Source: Bacteroidia bacterium
GTDB taxonomy: Bacteria; Bacteroidota; Bacteroidia; AKYH767-A; OLB10
Length of the DNA stretch: 61,282 bases
Assembly: GCA_044448905.1 (NCBI GenBank)
Contig: JBIOHJ010000001.1
Coordinates: 1-61,282 of the forward strand
Direction of reading: 5' to 3'
The position numbers and the translations under genes are program-made. The notes under the pieces were generated by a model. The model was not told where the DNA came from, did not search any database, and worked only from the letters and a program-made list of their open reading frames with translations. Below, piece after piece: positions 27,762-38,113 of this stretch (positions are counted from its first letter, which is position 1; every line of letters starts with the position of its first letter).

Positions 27762-29350
27762 TCCTTTATCACTTCGAACTGTTTTCGTAAAACTGAATTA
27801 TCATTTACAGCTTCTAAAAAGTAGCTGCCTGCTGTGAGCTTGCGGCAATTCATTTCAAAATAAAATTTCTTTTCATTATAAATCGCAATTGTTTTTCCCG
27901 TTACATCATAAACTGTAATCTTAAAAGCTGAACTGCCCGGAAGATACACCTTAGTGAGATTGTTTGCAGGATTTGGAAACAGTGACAGCTGACCTGCTTC
28001 AGGGTAATTATTATTTATTCCCAATGCAAAGGTGCAGTTGTTATACGTTTGAACTATTGTGGCTGTATCCACAACAATATTTTCATCTCCATTCTGGTAA
28101 AGCAGGAAATAAAAATATTCGAGCATCATTTCATCGGTAGTCGCTTCGCCAAGGCTAACATCAACCGGGGGGTTGCTGGGATTATGCGGGTTGTTTACTG
28201 TATTATCATACAACGCTTCGGCATATAACGTAGTGCCTGCAGGAATTTGAACAGGCTGGCGGAAGAAATAAGCGCCTTGGTAATGAAAATTCCAATCGGG
28301 AATATCAATAAGCTTTATGGTATCGCCAATCGCAGTAACACCAAATGAGAGATAGGTCCGCCCGATAAGGTGCATATGTGGAGCTACGGAAAGAACAGTG
28401 GCTGCAAACGGAACAGCTTGCTGCTGGTAAAAAGTTTTTATGCTATCAGCCGGAATAAATAACGGACCGTTGACCATTGAAGTTGAATGATTAAGTATGG
28501 GAACAATAAACACATTGCGCGTAGCCAGGTTGTTAGTGAGCAGCATATTAATGCGGGTGGAGTCGGTTTGCCCGGAAGAGCCCGCAGGGTAATGCACCTG
28601 CATTATAACATGCGAATTGGCTTTAAGAGAAATGCCCATATTATTCGGCAGGTAATAAGGCTGCGAACCCGGCACCCATGCTCCAATCAGCGATGCTGTA
28701 TTGCTGCCAATTCCTCCAAAGCTGGTGTAGCCCGGATCGGGATCGGCAAGATCGAGGTTGATGCAGGTTTGTGCAGTGTCGGCAAATACGAGCACATGAT
28801 GCACAATATTATTATTGCCGGGAAGCACTTCCATGGCGGTAATAAATTTGTCAACCGAAGTTACATTCTGAATTACAAAACACCTGTAGAGGTCAGATGA
28901 AGTAACAGGCACCGTATAGGTTTGCATAATTACGCTTAAATCGGGGCTGGCAATTTGCGCTAAACCGCTATACACCGGTGGCGTTGGCGCATTTCCCGGG
29001 TTTCCCTGTAGCGTACCATTATTAACCCAATCGTTTATCAGGTCAATTTCTTCCTGCGTTAGTACCCGTTCGTGGGCGTAAGTCTGGTAGTTTTCATCAG
29101 GAGGCCAGGGAGGCATCAACCGCTGGTTAACTCTGATCTGCATCATGGAGCTGTTGTTAGCCGCATCCAGGTACGTCATGAGCGGAAAAGGCGCAATGCC
29201 GTTGCTGTTGTGGCAGCCTGTGCAGCGCGTGTAAAGAATGCAGGCAATGTTATCGGCCCATGTGGGCGTTTGCGCCTGTGTTTGAGCAACACCTGAAGCG
29301 ATGATTTGAAGAAATAATACGAATGCAAAAAGTGTAGAGGTTTTTTTCAT
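27758..29350 (-). CDS. secreted copper type II monooxygenase-like protein (PHM/DBH fold) with N-terminal CxxCH motif and T9SS C-terminal domain
   Basis: Signal peptide. CTGCH. Candidate Cu ligands HHVLVF, MQVHYP, PHMHLIG, TTDEMM. C-terminal LFPNPANN...GSYFLEAV sorting domain. Confidence 0.65.
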   Translation of the reverse strand: MKKTSTLFAFVLFLQIIASGVAQTQAQTPTWADNIACILYTRCTGCHNSNGIAPFPLMTYLDAANNSSMMQIRVNQRLMPPWPPDENYQTYAHERVLTQEEIDLINDWVNNGTLQGNPGNAPTPPVYSGLAQIASPDLSVIMQTYTVPVTSSDLYRCFVIQNVTSVDKFITAMEVLPGNNNIVHHVLVFADTAQTCINLDLADPDPGYTSFGGIGSNTASLIGAWVPGSQPYYLPNNMGISLKANSHVIMQVHYPAGSSGQTDSTRINMLLTNNLATRNVFIVPILNHSTSMVNGPLFIPADSIKTFYQQQAVPFAATVLSVAPHMHLIGRTYLSFGVTAIGDTIKLIDIPDWNFHYQGAYFFRQPVQIPAGTTLYAEALYDNTVNNPHNPSNPPVDVSLGEATTDEMMLEYFYFLLYQNGDENIVVDTATIVQTYNNCTFALGINNNYPEAGQLSLFPNPANNLTKVYLPGSSAFKITVYDVTGKTIAIYNEKKFYFEMNCRKLTAGSYFLEAVNDNSVLRKQFEVIKD

Positions 29351-29441
29351 GCGTTATTTTTTAGTAAAGGTATAAACTTTTAGAGTTCTACTGCAATACT
29401 TCATGGTTAAGTCCTTATGAGCCTGTTTTTTCTTTCCGATT

Positions 29442-31961
29442 TTAATCCACCACCACTTTTTTCACATTCTTCTTTCCCCCTGCTTCCACACTTATAAAAT
29501 AAATTCCCTGTGAAAAATTGCGCACATTTATTTTAGTTTCCAGTATATGGTTTACAGTTTCCAGTTGTTTGGTAGCAATTTTGTTTCCTTTTATATCCGT
29601 AAGAGTTAATGCTATTTTCTTGTCAACCGGAAGCTGCAAACCGGAAACCGTAAACTCTGTTGTTGCAGGATTCGGATAAACTGTAAACTGTAAACCGGAA
29701 ACTTCCAACTCCTCCACTCCAAGCGCTTCACTCAAATTCAGCTTATACATTCCTCGTCCGTAAGTCCCCACCAGCAGCATTTGCGATGGTGTATGGATTT
29801 TTAAATCGTTACAAACCAGCACAGGCATACCCGTACCGAGCGGGTCCCATGTTGCGCCCATATCGCGTGTATAATAAACCCCGGCATCGGTAGCGAGATA
29901 ATAAGTAGAATCAATCGTCTGGTCGGGAACAATATCGTTGCAGGGAATGTCAGGAAGATTTCCGTCAATCGCATTCCATGTCGTACCGTTATTATTAGTC
30001 ATATACACGTGCGCCATATTATCGTGGTAGCGGTAGCCCGACAACGTAACATAAGCACGGCTTGCAATAAACGGGTCGCAGGTAACACGGGTAACCCAGC
30101 GCACAGGAAGTATGCCGGTAACGTTAGTCCATAAAGTTCCGCCATTCATCGTGCGCCATACTTTACCGTCATCAGTTCCGGCATAAATCACATCGCTGTT
30201 CAAAGGTGAAACATCAATAGTTGTAATGGTGCCGAATAATAAATTTCCGTTTGGATCAACGGTAGTTAAATCGGGAGAGATGGAAAACCAGTTATCACCG
30301 CGGTCAAAAGTTTTATGCACCTGCTGGTAGCCAGTGTATAATATTTGAGGGTCATCGGGATCAAAAACGATGGGAGTGTTCCAGTTTCCTGAACCGTTCA
30401 AACCATTCACAATATAATTAAAATTTATACCGCCATCATCGGAGCGGAAAATATTTCCATACTGGTATTCGCCATACCAATAAGTGTTGTCAACCGGATC
30501 AATCAACGCATAAAACCCATCACCGCCAATCAGGTATTCCCAGTCATAAAACGAACCTGTCGTAGTGCGTACCACATTATTATCCTGCGTTCCGCCAACC
30601 AAAACATTCGGGTCGTTATAATCAACTTCACAGGTATAAAACTGCGTAATTGGTAAGCCTTCGTGATGCGTCCATGTATCGCCACCGTCATCCGAAATAT
30701 GCAACCCGCCATCATTGCCATTCATTACAAAATCATGGTTGAGCTGATGTACAGCTATTGCATGCTGGTCAACGTGAGCAAATTCAAATGTAGGTCCCCA
30801 CGAATTTCCTCCATCTGCTGTTTTCCACATGTCAAACCCTATTACATAAACAATATCCGGATCGGTTGGATCCACTTTCACTCTGCCATACCAGTAACCT
30901 TGGTTTCCCATGCTGCCCGTTAAATCAAAATCGTTAGTCTGAGTCCAGGTGTTCCCGTTATTGGCGGATTTATATAACCCGAGAAATCCATAATTGTCGT
31001 CAATATACATAGCATAAACAATATTGGGGCTCGAAGCGCACAAATCAATTCCAATCCTGCTGTACAAGCCTCCAACCGCGGGTAAGCCTGCCGTAAGCTG
31101 GCTGAATGTTAAGCCGCCATCAGTTGAACGCCACACACCGCTGGTTACACCATAATATCTTTTGTTATTCGGCCTGCGTGTACGCTCGAACATAGCGGCA
31201 TAAACATAATTCGGGTTAACCGGGTTAATAACTACGTCAATACACCCCGTGCTGTCGGTAAGAAATAAAACTTTTGTCCATGATAAGCCACCGTCAGCAG
31301 TGCGGTACAAGCCGCGGTCAGGAGTCGGTCCGTACAAATCACCCATTGTTGCTGCAAAAGCGATATCAGGATTGGTGGGATGAACAGCCATGCGTCCCGT
31401 CATGCGTGTATTATTCAAACCTACATTTGTCCACGTTAACCCTGCATTGGTTGATTTATACACACCGTTAGCATCATACGTAAGTGAGCCGCTTCCGCAA
31501 TTAGCTTCACCCGTTCCTACATAAATTATATTCGGATTAGATGGTGCAATTGCAATGTCTCCCATTGACATGGTTTCGTTATCATCGAAAACGGGAAACC
31601 ATGTTGTGCCGCCATCTATAGTTTTAAAAACGCCACCTGAAGAAGCTGCGAGGTAAGCAATGTTTTGATTAGTCGGGTGCATTTCTATATCCGAAATCCT
31701 CCCTCCTATGTTATTGGGTCCTGCGTATTGCCACGCAGCAACTGATGCAGAACGCAACTGAGCAGACCGGTTTTTAAATTCGCGCACGGCTGCCTGGTGT
31801 GCTGCATAATCAATTTTTCCATAAGGATACGAGCGTTGCGCGTAGAAATAATCATAACCTGGAGTTTCGGCAGATTGATGTTTTTTCTTTTTGATTGAAT
31901 AAAAAAATGCAACTGCTGATAATGATGCGATAGAAACAATAACAAGGAATATTCTTTTCAT
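29442..31961 (-). CDS. BNR/Asp-box repeat (sortilin/VPS10-like) secreted protein with T9SS C-terminal domain
   Basis: 839 aa. Repeated SxDxGxTW boxes (TIDGGTTW, STNAGLTW, TADGGLSW, STDGGLTF, SDDGGDTW...). C-terminal VYPNPATTEF...GIYFISV domain. Confidence 0.8.
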   Translation of the reverse strand: MKRIFLVIVSIASLSAVAFFYSIKKKKHQSAETPGYDYFYAQRSYPYGKIDYAAHQAAVREFKNRSAQLRSASVAAWQYAGPNNIGGRISDIEMHPTNQNIAYLAASSGGVFKTIDGGTTWFPVFDDNETMSMGDIAIAPSNPNIIYVGTGEANCGSGSLTYDANGVYKSTNAGLTWTNVGLNNTRMTGRMAVHPTNPDIAFAATMGDLYGPTPDRGLYRTADGGLSWTKVLFLTDSTGCIDVVINPVNPNYVYAAMFERTRRPNNKRYYGVTSGVWRSTDGGLTFSQLTAGLPAVGGLYSRIGIDLCASSPNIVYAMYIDDNYGFLGLYKSANNGNTWTQTNDFDLTGSMGNQGYWYGRVKVDPTDPDIVYVIGFDMWKTADGGNSWGPTFEFAHVDQHAIAVHQLNHDFVMNGNDGGLHISDDGGDTWTHHEGLPITQFYTCEVDYNDPNVLVGGTQDNNVVRTTTGSFYDWEYLIGGDGFYALIDPVDNTYWYGEYQYGNIFRSDDGGINFNYIVNGLNGSGNWNTPIVFDPDDPQILYTGYQQVHKTFDRGDNWFSISPDLTTVDPNGNLLFGTITTIDVSPLNSDVIYAGTDDGKVWRTMNGGTLWTNVTGILPVRWVTRVTCDPFIASRAYVTLSGYRYHDNMAHVYMTNNNGTTWNAIDGNLPDIPCNDIVPDQTIDSTYYLATDAGVYYTRDMGATWDPLGTGMPVLVCNDLKIHTPSQMLLVGTYGRGMYKLNLSEALGVEELEVSGLQFTVYPNPATTEFTVSGLQLPVDKKIALTLTDIKGNKIATKQLETVNHILETKINVRNFSQGIYFISVEAGGKKNVKKVVVD

Positions 31962-32148
31962 TTTAATTTGTTTGGAGGCACTAAATTAAGGATAAAAGCG
32001 GATGGCTGAATCACATATAATACTGTTTTCAACAGTTGTTTATTGATTGATTTCTCATGCCCACATCATTTTAAGACAATATTTCAATAAAATTTGCCGT
32101 TGCTAACGCAATCGGACAAACAATTTCGAAAATCACCATAAAAATTCA

Positions 32149-34653
32149 ATGAGTTTGATACGAAAAATTTTTCTTTCCATACTTGTTTTAATTGTCCTGT
32201 TATTTGTTACAGCGATTGCGCTGTCATTTTTTTACAGCAAGGAAATAAAACAGTATGTAATAACTGCCATAAATAAAAATCTTAATGCAGAAATTATTGT
32301 CAGTGAAATTGATTTCTCATTGCTCAGTAATTTTCCATATGCCTCTGTTGAATTTTCAAATTTAATTTCAAAAGAACCCAAACAGCTTAATACCCATGAT
32401 ACGTTGCTGAACGCAAAGCAGCTTTCGCTTTTATTTAACCTGTTTGACCTCATTAGCAAAAATTATGTGTTGCAAAAAATTGTTTTAACCGATGCTCAAC
32501 TTAACCTGAAAATAAACAAAGACGGTGAGAATAACTATCATATATGGAAAACAGATTCTGCTGATTCAGGTGATAATTTTAAAATGGAGATTGAAAAACT
32601 AAGAATGGAAAATGTGCATGTAAATTATAAAAGCATCCATGCTGAGCAGGATTATTCTTTTAAGATTAATGAGGGAGATTTAGCAGGAAATTTTATTGCA
32701 GATAAATATTCGGTTAAAGCAACTGCTGATTTGATGGTGGAAAAAATTATTTCCGGTAAAATTAACTGGGTGAAGAATAAAGAAGCTAAAATTGATTTAT
32801 TGTTGAATGTTGATGATGGCAAAGATTTATATACGATTGAAAAGTCTGCAATAAAGCTTGCCGGTCTTGATTTAACAGTAGCAGGCACTATTCTCTCTCC
32901 CGAAGGATTTGATGAGTATGATTTGACAATTGAGTCAAAAGACGCAAACTTAAAATCTCTTCTTTCAGTCATTCCTGCCGAATACAATAGCAATCTTAAC
33001 GATTACAATTTCAAAGGAAGTGCGGTTTTAAAAACAACTATTAAAGGGCGTTCCGACAAGAAACATGACCCGGTTTTCATCGTAAATTTCGGAACAGAAA
33101 ATTCTTCAGTATCGCCAAAAAATTCTGACTACCATTTAACCGGTTTAAAATTCACCGGCTTTTATACAAGCAGTAGAAGTGAAAAAAATCCGGTAAGCTA
33201 TTTATCATTAAAAAATGTCCGTTCTGTTTTAAACGGGCAGGCAATTATCGGAAATCTTGAAATAGAAAATTTCAAAAACCCGTTTCTTCGCTTTGAAGCT
33301 GATGCCAAAGCCGATCTTTCGATATTGCATAAATTCATTACCATAGATACGCTTGAAAATATTTTAGGCAGCATGGACATCAGTAACGCCAAGTTTTCAG
33401 GAAGAGTAAATGATAATTCTACATACATTTCAACCGGAAATATAACATTCAACAATGTTAGCTTTAAGTTCAAACAAAAGCCAGTTGTTTTTTCTGCTGT
33501 AAATGGAAACCTCGTTCTGAGCAAAAATAATCTTCAGATAATTTCTTTAGAGGGTAAAACTCCTCAAAGCAACTTTATGTTTGCAGGAAACCTTGATAAT
33601 TTCTTTGGATACTTCTTTGCAAAAAATCAAAAGCTAAATGTTACGGCATCAATGCGATCGCAAAACCTCGATCTTAATGAAATCATGGAAAAAGATGCAG
33701 CAACCTCAGCAAACGACACGATATATAAAATTACATTTTCAAAAGACCTGGCCTTTTCATTTAATGTAGATATAGCAAAGCTCAATTTTAACAAATTTAA
33801 TTCTTCGGGTGTAAAAGGAAGGATTGAATTAAACAATGGTATGCTTTCCACTCATGCTTTACAATTTAGTTCGATGGATGGAAATGTTCTGCTGCAAGGC
33901 TCTATACGCGAAATTCCAAATGACAGTCTTGTGATACAGTATGATGCTACAGTAAAAAACCTCGACATCACTAAATTGTTTTACCAGATGGGAAATTTCG
34001 GGCAACAAGTCATTACCGATAAAAACCTGAAAGGAAATGTAACGGCTGATGTGCAGTTTCTCTCACACTGGAGCAATACGCTCGATTGCAACCTTGATAA
34101 AGTTCATGCCACTGCAACCATCACTATCGAAAATGGCAGATTGGTTAATTTCTCTCCCATGCTCGCGCTTTCAAAATATGTAAAAGGGGCTGACCTGAAT
34201 GACATTTCATTTTCTACTTTGAAAAATACCATAGAGATGAAAGACCGCAAAGTAATTATTCCTGGCATGGAAATTAATTCAAGCGCATTGAATATTACGG
34301 CCAACGGTGTTCACGGATTTGATAATATGATTGATTACCATTTGCAGCTATTGTTGTCGCAGCTGATGGGGAAAAAGGTAAAGAATATGAACACAGAATT
34401 CGGCACCATTGAAGATGACAATCTCGGGCGGACAAAAATTTTTATATCCATGAAAGGGCCTGCTGCCAACCCGAAATTTTCTTATGACTCTAAAGGACTA
34501 AAGGAAAAAATCTCAACCGATATCAAAAAGGAACGTGAAACCCTTAAAGAGATTTTGAAAAAAGAATTTGTCAGGAAAGACTCACTACCTGATAAAAAGG
34601 AACAAAAAAAGCAGGAAGAACTGGAAATTGATACCAGCGAGGGGGGTGAATAG
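32149..34653 (+). CDS. AsmA-family outer-membrane biogenesis protein
   Basis: 834 aa. Single N-terminal TM anchor, long beta-rich body, Lys/Glu-rich tail. Assignment rests on architecture and weak motif memory. Confidence 0.55.
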   Translation: MSLIRKIFLSILVLIVLLFVTAIALSFFYSKEIKQYVITAINKNLNAEIIVSEIDFSLLSNFPYASVEFSNLISKEPKQLNTHDTLLNAKQLSLLFNLFDLISKNYVLQKIVLTDAQLNLKINKDGENNYHIWKTDSADSGDNFKMEIEKLRMENVHVNYKSIHAEQDYSFKINEGDLAGNFIADKYSVKATADLMVEKIISGKINWVKNKEAKIDLLLNVDDGKDLYTIEKSAIKLAGLDLTVAGTILSPEGFDEYDLTIESKDANLKSLLSVIPAEYNSNLNDYNFKGSAVLKTTIKGRSDKKHDPVFIVNFGTENSSVSPKNSDYHLTGLKFTGFYTSSRSEKNPVSYLSLKNVRSVLNGQAIIGNLEIENFKNPFLRFEADAKADLSILHKFITIDTLENILGSMDISNAKFSGRVNDNSTYISTGNITFNNVSFKFKQKPVVFSAVNGNLVLSKNNLQIISLEGKTPQSNFMFAGNLDNFFGYFFAKNQKLNVTASMRSQNLDLNEIMEKDAATSANDTIYKITFSKDLAFSFNVDIAKLNFNKFNSSGVKGRIELNNGMLSTHALQFSSMDGNVLLQGSIREIPNDSLVIQYDATVKNLDITKLFYQMGNFGQQVITDKNLKGNVTADVQFLSHWSNTLDCNLDKVHATATITIENGRLVNFSPMLALSKYVKGADLNDISFSTLKNTIEMKDRKVIIPGMEINSSALNITANGVHGFDNMIDYHLQLLLSQLMGKKVKNMNTEFGTIEDDNLGRTKIFISMKGPAANPKFSYDSKGLKEKISTDIKKERETLKEILKKEFVRKDSLPDKKEQKKQEELEIDTSEGGE

Positions 34654-34844
34654 TTATTTGGTTAATCGTTAATTGTTAGTCGTTTGAGCCTTAGGCGGAA
34701 GTATGTATTTCTTCGAATAAATTTTTTGTTATATCTTGCGCAAGTTTTCAAAACTTATTCTGCCTCTGGAATACATTTTTACTTAAAGTTTTTTAGCATT
34801 TCTGCTGTAAGCTAACCATAGCAGTACATATTAATTATCGTATC

Positions 34845-36002
34845 GTGAATATTTACACCCGTAAACAACGTTGGAAATTGTTTTTGCTTGGAACTGCATT
34901 GCTTATCGGCATTGCCTCGCTTTGGTATACCAATATCCTTGTGAAAAAACTGCAGGAACAGGAAAAGACAAAAGTTGAGTTATGGGCAAAAGCGGTTCGT
35001 CATTTATCAGATGTTTCGGTTAATGCCGGTGATTTAACATTTGCTGTGGATGTGCTGCAAAGCAATACCACCATCCCCGTTATTCTTGCCGATAGCAATA
35101 ACGTGCTTAAAACACTGATTAACCTCGATACGGTAAATGCCAAACCGGGTTTTATTGAAGAACAAATCCGTATTATGCGTTCGCAGCACGAGCCGATTAT
35201 TGTGAAATACGATAAAAATAATTTTGATTATATCTATTACAAAGATTCCATTATCCTTAACCAACTAAGGTATTACCCGTATTTTCAGCTGGCGGTTATC
35301 ACGCTGTTCCTGCTGGTTTCTTATCTGGCATTCAGCACTTCTCGAAAAGCAGAGCAAAACCAGGTTTGGGTAGGTATGGCAAAAGAAACTGCGCACCAGT
35401 TGGGCACACCGCTTTCCTCATTGGTCGCCTGGCTTGAATATCTAAAATCGAAACATGCGGGAGATGAGCATATGCATGAAATAGAAAAAGACATCAGCCG
35501 CTTACAAACTATTACTGAGAGGTTTTCAAAGATAGGTTCGGCACCGGCTTTACAAAAAGAAAACCTGAATGAGGTTGTTTCAAATTCTATCGCTTACATT
35601 AAATCGCGTACTTCATCAAGAGTTTCTTTTTACCTCACTTCGTTTCCCAATCATAATCATATTGTTTTTGCTCCTGTAAATGTTCCGTTGTTTGAATGGG
35701 TGCTCGAAAATATTTTCAAAAATGCAGCGGATGCTATGAAAGGTGAAGGAAAAATATCAGTAAATATAACCGACCAGCAGCAATTCGTTTATATTGATAT
35801 TCATGATACGGGTAAAGGGATTCCTAAATCAAAATTTAAAACGGTCTTTAAACCCGGGTATACATCAAAAGACCGTGGCTGGGGATTGGGACTTTCGCTT
35901 TCCAAAAGGATTGTTGAAGAATATCACAGCGGGCATATTTTTGTAAAAAATTCAGAATTGAATAAGGGAACTACTTTCCGGATTGTTCTCAACAAAGTTT
36001 AA
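34845..36002 (+). CDS. sensor histidine kinase
   Basis: Two TM helices, H-box ETAHQLGTPLSS, N box LENIFKNAADA, HDTGKGIP, GWGLGLSLS. GTG start. Confidence 0.8.
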   Translation: MNIYTRKQRWKLFLLGTALLIGIASLWYTNILVKKLQEQEKTKVELWAKAVRHLSDVSVNAGDLTFAVDVLQSNTTIPVILADSNNVLKTLINLDTVNAKPGFIEEQIRIMRSQHEPIIVKYDKNNFDYIYYKDSIILNQLRYYPYFQLAVITLFLLVSYLAFSTSRKAEQNQVWVGMAKETAHQLGTPLSSLVAWLEYLKSKHAGDEHMHEIEKDISRLQTITERFSKIGSAPALQKENLNEVVSNSIAYIKSRTSSRVSFYLTSFPNHNHIVFAPVNVPLFEWVLENIFKNAADAMKGEGKISVNITDQQQFVYIDIHDTGKGIPKSKFKTVFKPGYTSKDRGWGLGLSLSKRIVEEYHSGHIFVKNSELNKGTTFRIVLNKV

Positions 36003-36005
36003 AGT

Positions 36006-36013
36006 TAATTTTG
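36006..36013 (+). promoter_or_regulatory. -7 promoter box TAATTTTG
   Basis: Perfect TAnnTTTG, 29 nt upstream of the hemW ATG. Confidence 0.4.
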
Positions 36014-36041
36014 ACTTTTTTTATTACTTTAAACTTCTCAA

Positions 36042-37166
36042 ATGGCGGGCATTTACATTCATATTCCTTTCTGCAAGCAAGCTTGTCATTATTGTGATTT
36101 TCATTTTTCTACTTCGCTGAAAAACAAAGATGCCTTTCTTAATGCCCTTTCTAAAGAAATTGAACTAAGGAAGAATTATCTGTCTGAAACCGTAAACTCA
36201 ATTTACTTGGGCGGTGGCACTCCTTCGCTATTGAATCAGGAGGGGATTAATTTAATTTTTTCGACACTTAGAAAGTATCATACTATTGCGGAAAATGCAG
36301 AAGTGACGCTTGAAGCGAATCCTGATGATTTGTCAAAAGAATATTTGCTTGAATTAAAAGACACTCCGGTAAACCGGTTGAGCGTTGGTGTACAATCTTT
36401 TTCGGATAAAGATTTAAAATACATGAATCGGGTGCATGATGCACGTACAGCAATAGAGTCTGTTGAACTGGCTGCAAACGCAGGCTTTAATAATCTGACT
36501 ATTGATTTAATTTATGGAACACCCACCATGAATACTGATCAATGGGAGAAGAATCTTAAAATAGCCTTCACACTTCCCGTAAAACATCTTTCATGTTATT
36601 CTCTAACGGTTGAACCGAAAACTGCCTTAGCTACAATGATTAAGAAAGGGAAAACAAAGCCTGTTGATGAACAAAAATCAGCAGAACAATTTGAAATGCT
36701 TATGCAATTGAGCATTGATGCAGGATTTGTACAGTATGAAATTTCGAATTTCTGCAAAGGCGAAAATTATTCGGTTCATAACAGCAGTTATTGGAAAGGT
36801 GAATCTTATCTCGGCTTAGGACCTTCCGCCCATTCTTATAATGGAAGTTCAAGGCAATGGAATATTTCCAATAACTCTCTTTATATAAAATCAATTCAAA
36901 ACAATGAAATGAATTTTAAAAAAGAAATTCTTTCTGTTAAGCAGAAATACAATGAATATGTAATGACTTCTTTGCGTACTATGTGGGGAACTTCTCCTAA
37001 AAAAATAAAGACAACTTTTGGCGATCCGTTTGAAAAACATTTCAAAAAAGAAGCAAATAAGTTTCTGAATGAAAATCTTTTGATTGAAAAAGAAAATATT
37101 TTTTATCTTTCGCAAAAAGGAAAATTATTTGCCGACAGAATTGCATCTGAATTATTCAATACTTAA
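36042..37166 (+). CDS. hemW: radical SAM heme chaperone HemW (HemN-like)
   Basis: IYIHIPFCKQACHYCDF (CxxxCxxC), YLGGGTPS, HemN C-terminal region. Confidence 0.85.
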   Translation: MAGIYIHIPFCKQACHYCDFHFSTSLKNKDAFLNALSKEIELRKNYLSETVNSIYLGGGTPSLLNQEGINLIFSTLRKYHTIAENAEVTLEANPDDLSKEYLLELKDTPVNRLSVGVQSFSDKDLKYMNRVHDARTAIESVELAANAGFNNLTIDLIYGTPTMNTDQWEKNLKIAFTLPVKHLSCYSLTVEPKTALATMIKKGKTKPVDEQKSAEQFEMLMQLSIDAGFVQYEISNFCKGENYSVHNSSYWKGESYLGLGPSAHSYNGSSRQWNISNNSLYIKSIQNNEMNFKKEILSVKQKYNEYVMTSLRTMWGTSPKKIKTTFGDPFEKHFKKEANKFLNENLLIEKENIFYLSQKGKLFADRIASELFNT

Positions 37167-37169
37167 TAC

Positions 37170-37928
37170 ATGATTGCTCAAATTGAACTTAAGGGGGTTT
37201 CTTATAAGGTCGATCTATCAAATCCGCTTGATATTTCAATACCATTAAGAGCAAGCAAAGACAATGTGCGTGCATGGTATGTTGAGCCTCCGAAATTTGA
37301 ACCTGTAAAAAGCGGGAACTGGATTGGCGAAGTAGCGCAAGGTGGTTCGGTTAATTTCAGGAATATTTTTTTTAACCCTCACGGGCACGGTACCCATACC
37401 GAATGTGTGGGACATATAACTAAAGAGTTTGTTTCGTTAAATAAATGCATGAAACAATTTTTCTTTCCGGCAAAACTTATTTCGGTTGCTCCTGAAAAAA
37501 AAGAAAACGGTGATTTGGTGATTAAGAAAAATCAAATTATTGAAAATGTTAAAGATGATTTTACCGAAGCAATAATTATAAGAACATTGCCAAATGATGA
37601 TTCAAAGCTTTCCCGTCAATATTCTCATACTAATCCTGCTTATCTTGATCATGAAACAGCAAAATGGATGTGCGAAACCGGGATAAAACATTTGTTGCTC
37701 GACCTCCCTTCGGTTGACCGCGAAGAAGACGGAGGAAAACTTTTAGCACACCACGCTTTCTGGAACTACCCGGCTGCCACAAGGTTTGATTGCACAATTA
37801 CAGAAATGATTTATGTTCTTGATTCAATTGCAGACGGCAATTATTTTCTCAACATCCAGATTGCTTCTTTTGAAAATGATGCCAGCCCAAGCAAGCCGGT
37901 ATTGTTTACGATTTCAAAATCCGTATAA
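37170..37928 (+). CDS. cyclase-family protein (kynurenine formamidase-like fold)
   Basis: 252 aa. HGHGTHTECVGH resembles the HxGTHxDxPxH cyclase motif. Starts 4 nt after the hemW stop. Confidence 0.6.
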   Translation: MIAQIELKGVSYKVDLSNPLDISIPLRASKDNVRAWYVEPPKFEPVKSGNWIGEVAQGGSVNFRNIFFNPHGHGTHTECVGHITKEFVSLNKCMKQFFFPAKLISVAPEKKENGDLVIKKNQIIENVKDDFTEAIIIRTLPNDDSKLSRQYSHTNPAYLDHETAKWMCETGIKHLLLDLPSVDREEDGGKLLAHHAFWNYPAATRFDCTITEMIYVLDSIADGNYFLNIQIASFENDASPSKPVLFTISKSV

Positions 37929-38082
37929 GCACTGCTACATTTTCATGTGAACCAGTGTGTTTAGACCTGTGCTTTTTTTCTTCTTCAAACGGCTGAAACT
38001 GCAGGCATTAAATTATCAGGATGCACTTCTGACCTGTATACTTATCCGGTTTTTTGAATCAACATACATTTTAATGTCAAAC

Positions 38083-38090
38083 TAAATTTG
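38083..38090 (+). promoter_or_regulatory. -7 promoter box TAAATTTG
   Basis: Perfect TAnnTTTG, 24 nt upstream of the ATG at 38114. Confidence 0.4.
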
Positions 38091-38113
38091 TGAATTAATA
38101 AACATCCCGCTCC

